Shown here one piece after another: positions 17,675 through 27,006 of a stretch of DNA of 36,330 nt. Location of the stretch: NCBI GenBank assembly GCA_044356425.1, contig JBIKWG010000003.1, forward strand, positions 1-36,330. Reading direction: 5' to 3'. The stretch comes from Bdellovibrionota bacterium. GTDB lineage: Bacteria > Bdellovibrionota_C > UBA2361 > OMII01. Below the pieces are notes generated by a model. That model was not told where the DNA came from, made no database searches, and was given only the letters and a program-made list of their open reading frames with translations. The position numbers and the translations under genes are program-made. How positions within the stretch are numbered: the stretch's first letter is position 1; every line of letters begins with the position of its first letter.

Positions 17675-18430
17675 ATGATCAGCCCGTCACTGCTGCCTAT
17701 TATCGCCCTTTATCTCGTTACCTTACTGGGCGACGGATGCATCATTATTGCGATGGCCGTTGTGGCAACCATGGGGGGCAGCCCCTGGGCCTGGGGTGCA
17801 AGCTTTGCCGCCTTTCATGCCGTATACTCTCTTGCTGGACTAGCCCTAGCAACCGAGCTCTCTCTTTACTCTCAACTCGTGGGCGATCTCTTTGCTCTCA
17901 CCGGCGCGCTTGTTTTGCTCAGTCACTTTGTGCACCACAGGCTTCATCACGGCTCACATGGCGATTGTCGATGTGAGAACCACGAACCCAAGCCAGCGTC
18001 GGCTGGAACGATGCTCTCAACTGCCGGCACCCTCTCAATTCACGCTCTTGCCGCTGGCCCAGTTTTACAACGCACTCTGGGAGATAGCGCGGTCGCCTTA
18101 ATTGTGCCGCTTCTCTTCGTCGCATCACTGCTTCTCGGAGCAGTGATTGCAGCCATCGTTCTACTCGGAGAAACTCAACGTCACAGGATCTTGCGCGCCC
18201 TCGATCAGCTTCCGGGAGTCGTCTCAACTATCCTGAGCTGCATCAGCTTTTTTATGCTCTTTCATGCAATCGAAGAGATCTATGAGTTTACTCAGTTAAC
18301 GCTAGCTCTCTATGCAGTTGCTGCTGCAGCAGCATCAGCAACCTTAGGAATTTACATACATCAGCGCAGTGCCACCCGAAACAGCCCCAACGTAATTCAC
18401 ATAGCTCCTCGTAAGGCTCAGACACACTAA
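17675..18430 (+). CDS. Polytopic membrane protein with His/Cys-rich loop; putative transition-metal transporter (MntP/RcnA-like)
   Basis: About 7 hydrophobic segments; HFVHHRLHHGSHGDCRCENH loop; FAAFH and TLSIHALAAG motifs. Confidence 0.55.
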   Translation: MISPSLLPIIALYLVTLLGDGCIIIAMAVVATMGGSPWAWGASFAAFHAVYSLAGLALATELSLYSQLVGDLFALTGALVLLSHFVHHRLHHGSHGDCRCENHEPKPASAGTMLSTAGTLSIHALAAGPVLQRTLGDSAVALIVPLLFVASLLLGAVIAAIVLLGETQRHRILRALDQLPGVVSTILSCISFFMLFHAIEEIYEFTQLTLALYAVAAAAASATLGIYIHQRSATRNSPNVIHIAPRKAQTH

Positions 18431-18625
18431 ATAAGATTCCAAAAAGCCTCGCCGTTAAGAGACTTCTGAAAGAGCAAGCCTGGAACAGATTCTTTAACCG
18501 AATGTTTTAATTATACGACAAGAAAGCTGCGCAAATCGCCGGTAAAGGGGTAGGCAGAGCCCCCCAATTCCTCTAGTATTTGGCTTGATATTGATATTGC
18601 AACCTTTACCTTTTCGAGCGCTACC

Positions 18626-19546
18626 GTGGCTACACAGACTTCTCTAACTCCTACCGCGAGCACCGTCGGAAACCCTCTTCATCCGATGAATTTAATTAAG
18701 CAGCTTTTTTTCTGGGCCATTCACCTGGGATGCTTCGGTGTAATCTGGGTCGGCTTTAGCTGGACAGCGCTTGCTGTGTGCATCTTGCTCTACATCGTTC
18801 GAATGTTTGGTATCACGGGTGTCTATCACCGCTACTTCTCTCATCGCTCATATAAAACTAGTCGGTGGTTTCAGTTCGTACTGGCGGTGCTCGGCGCCTC
18901 CTCTGCACAGAAAGGTCCGATCTGGTGGGCTTCCCATCACCGCCATCATCACCAGCATTCCGACACAGAAGAAGATATCCACCCACCTCGTATTTACGGT
19001 CTCTGGTGGGCGCACGTTGGGTGGGTATTGAGCACTCAGTTTATCGAAACACGTTGGGAGCTTGTTAAAGACCTCGTCCGGTTTCCTGAGCTGCGTTTTC
19101 TAGACAAGTACCACATCTTTGCACCACTTGCGCTTGCAGCTGTCGTTTCTGCGGTAGGTGCTGGCCTTGAGCTGTATTGGCCCGAACTACAAACCTCGGC
19201 TGGTCAGCTTTTCGTATGGGGATTCTGCGTTAGCACAACACTGCTGTATCACGGCACCTTCTGCATCAACTCACTTGCTCACATGCTTGGTCGACCTCGT
19301 TTCGTAACGGGCGATGACAGCAAGAACAGCTTCATCCTTGCGATTATTACTCTCGGCGAAGGGTGGCACAACAACCACCACCGCTATCCTGGTTCTGAGC
19401 GCCAGGGCTTTTACTGGTGGGAGGTAGACATCTCACACTACACTCTAAAAGTGCTGTCGTGGTTTGGGCTGGTATGGGATTTGCGCGAGCCTCCTGCACG
19501 AATTTATCAGGAAGCCGTTGAGAACAAACTCGCTGCTGCTTCGTAA
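18626..19546 (+). CDS. Membrane fatty acid (acyl-CoA, delta-9-type) desaturase
   Basis: Three His boxes: HRYFSH, HRHHH, GEGWHNNHH. Confidence 0.93.
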   Translation: MATQTSLTPTASTVGNPLHPMNLIKQLFFWAIHLGCFGVIWVGFSWTALAVCILLYIVRMFGITGVYHRYFSHRSYKTSRWFQFVLAVLGASSAQKGPIWWASHHRHHHQHSDTEEDIHPPRIYGLWWAHVGWVLSTQFIETRWELVKDLVRFPELRFLDKYHIFAPLALAAVVSAVGAGLELYWPELQTSAGQLFVWGFCVSTTLLYHGTFCINSLAHMLGRPRFVTGDDSKNSFILAIITLGEGWHNNHHRYPGSERQGFYWWEVDISHYTLKVLSWFGLVWDLREPPARIYQEAVENKLAAAS

Positions 19547-19555
19547 TCACTGAGA

Positions 19556-19580
19556 GTGCTGCACCTGTTCGGTGCAGCAC
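19556..19580. terminator. Hairpin between convergent genes (possible bidirectional terminator)
   Basis: Perfect 10-bp inverted repeat GTGCTGCACC-tgttc-GGTGCAGCAC; no U-tract. Confidence 0.45.
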
Positions 19581-19591
19581 CAACCCGCCGA

Positions 19592-19957
19592 CTAACGCGC
19601 ATCTTTCCGATCATCCACTCCTACATCGCGAGAAACCATCCTATCTACCAGGCCGCGAAAATCAACCTTGTTGATTGGGGCTACATCTGGCCGTTTAGCC
19701 GCTGCCGCCCGTTGCTCTAGAGGAACCTTGTCAAGCGAATCAACAAACTGAACCGTTCCAGATGGATCTGTGAAGCGATACAGCCTGCTTGAACTTTTCT
19801 TGAGAGCAGAGAATCCGAATACGAACGCCCCCACGATTGCAACTACCAGTATAAGAATAACGAGCCCGACACCCCGCTGAGCAGAGACTGGTGCTGTCAT
19901 TTGACGAACTAACATCCCACGCTGCATATGAATCCGAAAATTTAACGACGCATTCAC
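19592..19957 (-). CDS. DUF4124-domain protein with N-terminal TM/prepilin-like leader
   Basis: AQRG|VGLVILILVVAIVG then LYRFTDPSGTVQFVDSLDKVP. Start uncertain (19957, 19915 or 19900). Confidence 0.72.
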   Translation of the reverse strand: MNASLNFRIHMQRGMLVRQMTAPVSAQRGVGLVILILVVAIVGAFVFGFSALKKSSSRLYRFTDPSGTVQFVDSLDKVPLEQRAAAAKRPDVAPINKVDFRGLVDRMVSRDVGVDDRKDAR

Positions 19958-20201
19958 ACCTACCTTCAGATCGACCGCTTTGGCAAAGAGTTAAGTTTTT
20001 ACTGCTGGTTGGCGACGTTGGTACCCCAACCTGCTGTAATTACCTGGCTATTATAACAACCGTTAGCCCTCTTTCCACGCAGCTACCCCAAACAAGCGAT
20101 AAAATGAATCGGGTATTTCGGCTTTACCATCCTACCCTACTGGGTGTGTGCGTGTGTTGTCCGCACACCTCAAATAAGGCTTGAGGACCAGGATCACAAC
20201 G

Positions 20202-21506
20202 GTGCGAGTACTATTACTTAATCAAGACTGGTGGGCAGCGGAGCTTCGGGAACTCGGTCACGAGGTAATGAGTTGTGGGGACTTTCCCCATCTCGATGCT
20301 AAACCGATCATCCCCTATGCTCATATTAACACTTTAATTGAGCACCTCCCCAACAAGTTCGTACCTGATGTAATTATTTGGCTAGACAACAGCACCCCCC
20401 TCTTTCTTCAGGGGCTTGAAGATTGTGATATCCCAATTGTTCTCTACAGCGTCGATACGCACCATCACTACGTACTTCACTCGCACCTAGCAGAGTGCGT
20501 TGACCACGTCTTTGTGGCGCAAAAAGACTACCTCTCGTGCTTTGCGAATTGCACAACGCCAGCCTCATGGCTTCCTCTGTGGGCCTCGCGGAACATGCAG
20601 GCATCTGCCGAGAAGAAATACGCTGCCACTTTTGTAGGAACGCTCAATCCGCGACTCAATCCTGAACGAGTAGCTTTTTTTCAAGAGCTTGAGAAGATCG
20701 CGCCGGTTACATTTCAGACCGGTGACTTCTCACAAATATTTCCGTACTCAGAAATAGTAATCAATCAAACCGTAAAGCTCGACCTGAACTTTCGAGTATT
20801 CGAAGCCATGGCGAGTGGAGCGTTACTTCTGACTGAAAAAACAGAGAATGGGCTCTTCGACCTCTTTCAGGACGACCATCATTTCATAACCTACACCCAC
20901 AACGATCCGAAAGAGGCTGCAGAGAAAATCAAATGGGCACTCGCCCACCCACAAATCATGCGTACGATCGCTCAAAATGGTCGGGATGAGATACTAAAAA
21001 AACACTCGACCGCTCACAGAGCCGCAACCGTACACGAGCTTATTACCAACATAAAAAAGCTCCCCCGACGCCCGGAACGCCACTACAGTGCGATGATTAA
21101 TCACGGGATCGTAACTAACCTTACTCATCTAAAAACAGGGGTCTATCCTGTTAGCCCACTAATTGCCGCTATTCAATCAGCATCTACAGCGCTTGAAGAG
21201 GGCGCCAAGCCAAATCCTTTTCACTCGGCTCACCTTATCCAGATCGTTATGGCGTATGACCGCCTGATGTCTACCGGATCTGGATTAACTCTTTTAAGAC
21301 GCTTTGCAGCAGCTTTTCCTGAAGCTCCCCTACTGCAGCTAGCCGAAATTAGACATTTATTGAACAGCGGGAGCGTCGCCGAGGCAACTAGCCTCGCCCG
21401 AAAACTGACGACAGAATCTCCAGAGAAGGTTTTTAGCGTCGCAGAAGAAATTATCACCGGCATCCTTTCATCGGGCGTTGAAGATCCGGTTCTTCCACTA
21501 GCCTAG
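20202..21506 (+). CDS. GT-B glycosyltransferase (CgeB/Glyco_trans_1_2-like) with helical C-terminal extension
   Basis: YSVDTH, DHVFVAQK, WLPLWA, FVGT, INQTVKLDLNFRVFEAMASGALLLT; probable GTG start at 20202. Confidence 0.85.
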   Translation: MRVLLLNQDWWAAELRELGHEVMSCGDFPHLDAKPIIPYAHINTLIEHLPNKFVPDVIIWLDNSTPLFLQGLEDCDIPIVLYSVDTHHHYVLHSHLAECVDHVFVAQKDYLSCFANCTTPASWLPLWASRNMQASAEKKYAATFVGTLNPRLNPERVAFFQELEKIAPVTFQTGDFSQIFPYSEIVINQTVKLDLNFRVFEAMASGALLLTEKTENGLFDLFQDDHHFITYTHNDPKEAAEKIKWALAHPQIMRTIAQNGRDEILKKHSTAHRAATVHELITNIKKLPRRPERHYSAMINHGIVTNLTHLKTGVYPVSPLIAAIQSASTALEEGAKPNPFHSAHLIQIVMAYDRLMSTGSGLTLLRRFAAAFPEAPLLQLAEIRHLLNSGSVAEATSLARKLTTESPEKVFSVAEEIITGILSSGVEDPVLPLA

Positions 21507-21526
21507 CACGTTGGGCCTATCGGCAT

Positions 21527-22111
21527 TTACTGCGATACGTCACGTAATCTTTTGTTAAGCAGAAGATTGCTCACCACAACATCGCCGTCCTCTTCCACGA
21601 TGTACATGACAAATGATTTTTCACTGTGATCTTTCGTTTCAAAAGAACGAAATAACGCTATTCCTTTATGCCCTTCCGGATCCTCGGTCGGAATTGAGGC
21701 TGCATTAGATGTTAACCTGCCAAAGTCTGAGAAGTATGGAATAAACCGCTCGCGAATTATCTTATCGATAGCTCCAGAGCCTCTCGTTTCACGTTCAATG
21801 GTTGAAGAGCTGAGAAGCGCATGAAAATCCTCGTTGCGACCATTAACCAGCGCATCGACGGCTTTATTGAACACCTCATCTATCTTTCTACTGAAGCCAT
21901 CCAAAACCAACGGAGCGACCCTCTCTGTTTTTGGAGTGGGGAAAGATCGCTGCGGAGCTGCCATTGCTTCGGTGTCGAGAGATAGCGCAAACCACAACGT
22001 TGCGGCGGCTATGGTTAAAAACAAAGGCCTACGGGGCTGGCAAGAACGACATGATCCGCTCTGCGAGGGCCGCGAATTTCTGCTTGTGATGCGCTGTGCG
22101 TGGTGGTGCAT
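21527..22111 (-). CDS. Hypothetical exported protein
   Basis: Basic region, hydrophobic stretch and AMA-A cleavage-like site, followed by a compact alpha/beta domain. Confidence 0.65.
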   Translation of the reverse strand: MHHHAQRITSRNSRPSQSGSCRSCQPRRPLFLTIAAATLWFALSLDTEAMAAPQRSFPTPKTERVAPLVLDGFSRKIDEVFNKAVDALVNGRNEDFHALLSSSTIERETRGSGAIDKIIRERFIPYFSDFGRLTSNAASIPTEDPEGHKGIALFRSFETKDHSEKSFVMYIVEEDGDVVVSNLLLNKRLRDVSQ

Positions 22112-22142
22112 CTTGGTCCCTTAGGTAACAATTACGCAACAA

Positions 22143-22170
22143 GCGCACTGCACATCTATGTGCAGTGCGC
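22143..22170. repeat. Perfect 13-bp inverted repeat
   Basis: GCGCACTGCACAT-ct-ATGTGCAGTGCGC. Confidence 0.85.
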
Positions 22171-22349
22171 AGAACAAAAGCATTTTTTTACCTGCAATTT
22201 TCACCACAGAGTTTTGTCTTTTGCTATCGGTGCTGTTAACGCCATGTTAGCTGCGCTTTACCCAGCAAACAATCACGTTCTTTGAAGCTCTATTCTCTTA
22301 ATCATCCGACACGCCTTGAGCGCTTTTTGACACCACTGCATCTGCCGGC

Positions 22350-24737
22350 CTAGTCAACCATCGCCATTCGCTCTAGAGCCCGATCAGCTGAATGTTCAAT
22401 CGTGATCCCTGCTGACCCAAATGGCTTTACCAGAAGCAGCGGAATCGTCATTCGTGCAGTCATAGTAGCCCGAGAGTCATCGTCAACAACACCTCCTGAA
22501 ACCTCCAGACAATCATGCTCATCAGCGGCACACGCCAGCCGGTATGCTGCTCGAGGGTATGCCGCCTGAACAGCAGCGACTGCCCGCTGAACAGCGCCCT
22601 GCATCTTTACAGCAGCAGCTACAGAGCCATCAGCGCCGCGATCAAGAGATCCCCCAACCTGCTCTACCCGACACCTTCCTGCCAGACTGTCGCAGCATCG
22701 TTGAGCATCTTCCCATGATACCTGCACTCCACACGCCGCCTGAGCGCCTCTTCCGACCTGCACAGCAGAGAACACGGCACACGACGATGCCGGAGGATTG
22801 CTTGTATATCGCGGAGCTGCTGGCTGTTGGGATACAGTAACTGGCACCTCTTCTGGAACTTTATAGGTATCTCGATAGCTACGCTCAAGTGCTGCTGAAG
22901 GTGCGTCATCACATGAGCTAGCATCAATCGGCCCTACCGTTTGCATATTCGGTCTGACAACACGCGCTAGTGGACAGCTTACATTCGAATCGGCGGCTGG
23001 TATGACGGCTTGCCCACTCTCGCGAGCATAGCGCTTTGCGCATAACGGGATTTCGTCTCCCGAGCATGTAACAATTCGCTTCGGTGATGCGCTCTCAACT
23101 GTCGCAAAAGCAACATCCTGCACCTGATCCCTTCCTGGAATAAGCGCCGGAACGCCACACTGTTCAAAAATCGCCGCAAGCGCCGGACGAACGTAGCACC
23201 CCTTAGGAAGCTCGGGTGCTGCCGTCACAGGACATGCGTAGGTTTCTCTATCTGGAGCACATGTATTTACTCCCTCCACGTTTCGCTCCCACCATTTAGT
23301 CGGCGACACCGTTCGACCTTGCGCGAACTGTTTAGCCAGCTGCGCCAGCCTCTCCTGCGGATCAGCCTCTATCGGCATCGTAGCGGATCGCAGGCACTGC
23401 GTTGCGCCAACAGCTTGGAGCTTCAGCGGTTGCGCTTTGTTAGCAGCTACATACAAACGTGGAGCAAGCAACGGTGGGGTGGCGCATTTTGTAGGGTTAG
23501 GGGAATAGCCGCAATCAAACTGCTCTTCCTTGAGGGCAAATGTGGGGTGATACAGCACCATTTTTTCACCACGCCACCCAATCTGTTTTCCGTTGGTGCT
23601 GACCAGGTACACATTGAGGGTAACGGGTTCGTCTATCGGAATAATCTGAATCGACCCGTGGAGATTAATCTCTTCTGTGTATCTTCCGCCTTGCCGATAG
23701 GGAGCTTCGGAGCTGTTACGAATGTCCTCCCAAGCAGCTCCACGCACAACAAAGTCTCCACTCTGTTTAGGTTGCAACCTACGACCCCCTAAATGACGAG
23801 TCTCTCCGCCCCACGATAGCGAGATCAGCACCGTTCCCTCTGCATCGGGCGCAGCAGCGTCAACTCTTCCAGAGATGTGAAACATCACGGGCACTGAGAG
23901 ATTTCCCTCAGAAAGCAGTAGATTCCTCGTGTTGCGGTAGAAGCACTGATCAATATCGTCCTGGCGCTTCCAATCAATAATACCACCCCGAGTCAGCGGC
24001 CCCTGATAACAAGGGACGCTGACGTCGAATGTCTTTTCAATCGCGGCTAAACGCCGTAGCTCAGTGGCTCGATTCGGCCACGCTTTGAAGAGCGAAAAAG
24101 AGCGTCTGCCAATCCTATAGCGCTCGTCGAACCCAGCCTCACGACCTCCCGCCGGCACCGATGTTGTAACACCGCCCACCCCTTCCAGCGAGAGTTGAAC
24201 AGGCGGCTGCATCTCTCTGCCTGTCCGAGGGTCATAAAATATCGGCTGCAGGGGATTGTCTCCGCCAACCTGAGGCAGTGGAGCTGTCTGCACAAGATAC
24301 GGCGCATGCGCCTCTGTTGGAAAAAGCACTTCATGCTCCTGAAAGCTATCTCGTCCGCGCTCTACAGACACAGACTTAACTGAAGTTCGTTCTAGGGGCA
24401 TCTCTAACAAGGGCGCGGTGCGCCATGCTGCTGACGCAGAGTAAGATTCCTGCTCTACCTGATATCCTGATCCCCACGTATACACATCAAAACGAGGCGG
24501 AGATGCTCCATCCCTACCAACAGAAGACAGAATACAGCCTGCATCTGTTGGATACAAACAGCGCAGCCCCTCGTGCACGGCAGACCTAACCGCGTTGCGC
24601 CCTTGATAGAGGCGCGCAACGTCACCTATGCCGACAACAACCAGCGCCACACCTATCATCGCTATCCCTGTTTCAAGCAGATAGATTCCTCGCTGTCTTC
24701 GCAAATCGGGTCGCTCAAGAGGTTGCTGATTTAACAT
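22350..24737 (-). CDS. Large Cys-rich TadE/TadG-like pseudopilin
   Basis: RRQRG|IYLLETGIAM...GIGDVARLYQGRNAVRSAVHEGLR is TadE-like; the C-terminus ATMTARMTIPLLLVKPFG..ITIEHSA is a TadE-like ending. Confidence 0.72.
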   Translation of the reverse strand: MLNQQPLERPDLRRQRGIYLLETGIAMIGVALVVVGIGDVARLYQGRNAVRSAVHEGLRCLYPTDAGCILSSVGRDGASPPRFDVYTWGSGYQVEQESYSASAAWRTAPLLEMPLERTSVKSVSVERGRDSFQEHEVLFPTEAHAPYLVQTAPLPQVGGDNPLQPIFYDPRTGREMQPPVQLSLEGVGGVTTSVPAGGREAGFDERYRIGRRSFSLFKAWPNRATELRRLAAIEKTFDVSVPCYQGPLTRGGIIDWKRQDDIDQCFYRNTRNLLLSEGNLSVPVMFHISGRVDAAAPDAEGTVLISLSWGGETRHLGGRRLQPKQSGDFVVRGAAWEDIRNSSEAPYRQGGRYTEEINLHGSIQIIPIDEPVTLNVYLVSTNGKQIGWRGEKMVLYHPTFALKEEQFDCGYSPNPTKCATPPLLAPRLYVAANKAQPLKLQAVGATQCLRSATMPIEADPQERLAQLAKQFAQGRTVSPTKWWERNVEGVNTCAPDRETYACPVTAAPELPKGCYVRPALAAIFEQCGVPALIPGRDQVQDVAFATVESASPKRIVTCSGDEIPLCAKRYARESGQAVIPAADSNVSCPLARVVRPNMQTVGPIDASSCDDAPSAALERSYRDTYKVPEEVPVTVSQQPAAPRYTSNPPASSCAVFSAVQVGRGAQAACGVQVSWEDAQRCCDSLAGRCRVEQVGGSLDRGADGSVAAAVKMQGAVQRAVAAVQAAYPRAAYRLACAADEHDCLEVSGGVVDDDSRATMTARMTIPLLLVKPFGSAGITIEHSADRALERMAMVD

Positions 24738-24937
24738 AGGCCCACGCTCTCGTTTAAATGATTCAATCTGGTTTTGAGACCCTGAATTGTTCGGAACTCT
24801 AGAGCGATAGTTTCGTCATTTCGAGGGCTAGTTCTAAAGAAAAGCCCAATCAGAGCAGATGCAGACTCCGGTCATGTGGTTTTTGTTGACCTCCTAGCTC
24901 TTGCCCCCCTACCACTTAAAGCGATAACCTCCCAATC

Positions 24938-26611
24938 ATGCCACCAACAATCTTTTCAATGCATCGCGTGAACCGTGTCTATCCTCCAGGTAAACAGGTT
25001 CTAAAAGACATATCCTTAGCCTTCTTTGAAGGAGCCAAGATTGGCATAGTCGGACTTAACGGATCGGGTAAGTCGAGCTTTCTAAAGATTATGGCAGGGC
25101 TCGATAAGGAATACAGTGGCGACGTCTCTCCGCGTCCTAACTTAACGATCGGATACCTTGAACAGGAACCCCGACTCGACCCCAACAAAACGGTCAAAGA
25201 GAACGTCATGGAAGGGTGCAAAGAAGCAGCTACCCTACTCGCTGACTTTGAGGCCATAAGCGCAAAGTTAGGAGAGGATATTACACCCGAAGAGATGGAG
25301 AAGTTGATTGATAAGCAGGCTATCCTGCAAGACAAGATCGATGCAATCGGGGCGTGGGAGCTCGATCGAACTCTTGAAATCGCAATGGATGCCCTGCGCT
25401 GCCCGCCCGGAGACTCTGATATATCTAAACTTTCAGGCGGAGAGAAACGACGCGTTGCACTCTGTAAATTACTTCTGGAAAAACCGGAGCTACTGCTGCT
25501 CGACGAGCCAACAAACCACCTTGATACTGAGTCGGTAGCTTGGCTAGAACGCCACCTACAAGAATACCCTGGCGCAGTGGTGTGCATAACGCACGATCGT
25601 TACTTCCTTGATAATGTAGCGCAATGGATCCTCGAACTTGACCGTGGACACGGCGTTCCTTGGGAGGGCAACTACAGCTCCTGGCTTGAGCAGAAGAGAT
25701 CGCGACTTGAGCTAGAAGAGAAGTCGGAATCAAAGCGTCAGAAGACACTTGCTCGCGAATTAGAATGGATCCAGCAATCTCCTCGCGCTCGCCAAGCAAA
25801 GTCAAAGGCCCGCATCAAGGCCTACGAAGAGCTTCTTAGTGCTGAGCAACAAGCAAAAGTTGACGAGCTTGAAATATACATCCCTCCCGGGCCTCGTCTT
25901 GGAGATGTGGTAATTGAAGCAAGTGGGGTAAGCAAAGCCTTTGGCGACCGAGTGCTGTTTGAAGGCCTCGATTTTAGCCTTCCTAAAGGAGGTATCGTAG
26001 GCGTTATCGGGCCAAACGGCGCCGGCAAGACTACTCTGTTTAAACTAATCACGAGCCAAGACCGAGCCGACGCCGGAGCTTTTAAAGTCGGAGAGACCGT
26101 AAGTCTCTGCTACGTAGACCAAAGCCGCGACGCTCTCAACGACAAGAAAACTGTCTTTGAAGAGATCTCTGGTGGCAGCGATCTAATCTTACTCGGCACT
26201 AAAGAGGTAAATTCCCGCGCCTACGTTGCACGCTTCAACTTTGCGGGACCGGATCAACAGAAACTGGTTGGTGCCCTTTCAGGAGGAGAGCGGAATCGCG
26301 TTCACCTCGCTAAAATGCTGCGTGCAGGTGGTAACGTAATTCTGCTTGACGAGCCAACAAACGATCTCGATGTTAATACCTTACGGGCACTAGAAGAGGC
26401 ACTCGTCAATTTTGCTGGCTGTGCCGTAGTGATAAGCCATGACAGGTGGTTCCTTGATCGTATTGCGACACACATTCTAGCCTTCGAAGGTGATAGCAAA
26501 GTGGTATGGTTTGAGGGCAACTACCAAGATTACGAACAAGATAGAAAACGCCGACTTGGCGCCGACGCAGAGACTCCTCATCGCATCAAGTACAAGAAGT
26601 TGACACACTGA
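24938..26611 (+). CDS. ettA: Energy-dependent translational throttle ABC-F protein EttA
   Basis: Two ABC domains ([24 protein letters not shown]; [16 protein letters not shown]), PtIM linker [20 protein letters not shown]-terminal PHRIKYKKL. Confidence 0.96.
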   Translation: MPPTIFSMHRVNRVYPPGKQVLKDISLAFFEGAKIGIVGLNGSGKSSFLKIMAGLDKEYSGDVSPRPNLTIGYLEQEPRLDPNKTVKENVMEGCKEAATLLADFEAISAKLGEDITPEEMEKLIDKQAILQDKIDAIGAWELDRTLEIAMDALRCPPGDSDISKLSGGEKRRVALCKLLLEKPELLLLDEPTNHLDTESVAWLERHLQEYPGAVVCITHDRYFLDNVAQWILELDRGHGVPWEGNYSSWLEQKRSRLELEEKSESKRQKTLARELEWIQQSPRARQAKSKARIKAYEELLSAEQQAKVDELEIYIPPGPRLGDVVIEASGVSKAFGDRVLFEGLDFSLPKGGIVGVIGPNGAGKTTLFKLITSQDRADAGAFKVGETVSLCYVDQSRDALNDKKTVFEEISGGSDLILLGTKEVNSRAYVARFNFAGPDQQKLVGALSGGERNRVHLAKMLRAGGNVILLDEPTNDLDVNTLRALEEALVNFAGCAVVISHDRWFLDRIATHILAFEGDSKVVWFEGNYQDYEQDRKRRLGADAETPHRIKYKKLTH

Positions 26612-26821
26612 GAAAGAGTGTGACCTCTGGACAGTAGGGCATCTTGAAGAAAGTAAGCAGGCAAATCGCTGACAACCTCTCAGTAGTGCGATAACGCAAA
26701 AATGCGATCTCTATTTAGAGATCGTGCAAGGCCCGACTGCTAACAGCTAACCCTCCACTCGCCCATAGCGAAGCTCAATGTTTTCAGCTAGATAGCACCA
26801 TCATACTCTCTGACGTCTGGG

Positions 26822-26849
26822 TTGACACCTATCCTCATAAGGCTACAAT
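26822..26849 (+). promoter_or_regulatory. Sigma-70-type promoter for hppA
   Basis: TTGACA-N16-TACAAT, about 158 nt upstream of the ATG. Confidence 0.6.
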
Positions 26850-27006
26850 CCCCCTCGCTTGTTGTTTCAAGCACTTATGCACTGTGCGGAAGAGTGCCGC
26901 GTCGTTGATGCTTGAGGGACATAAAACCTTACAGTCTCGACAAAGCGCTCATCAATCACAGACTGCATAGGCTTCATTCATTCATATTTTGGTTTGAGTC
27001 ATACCA

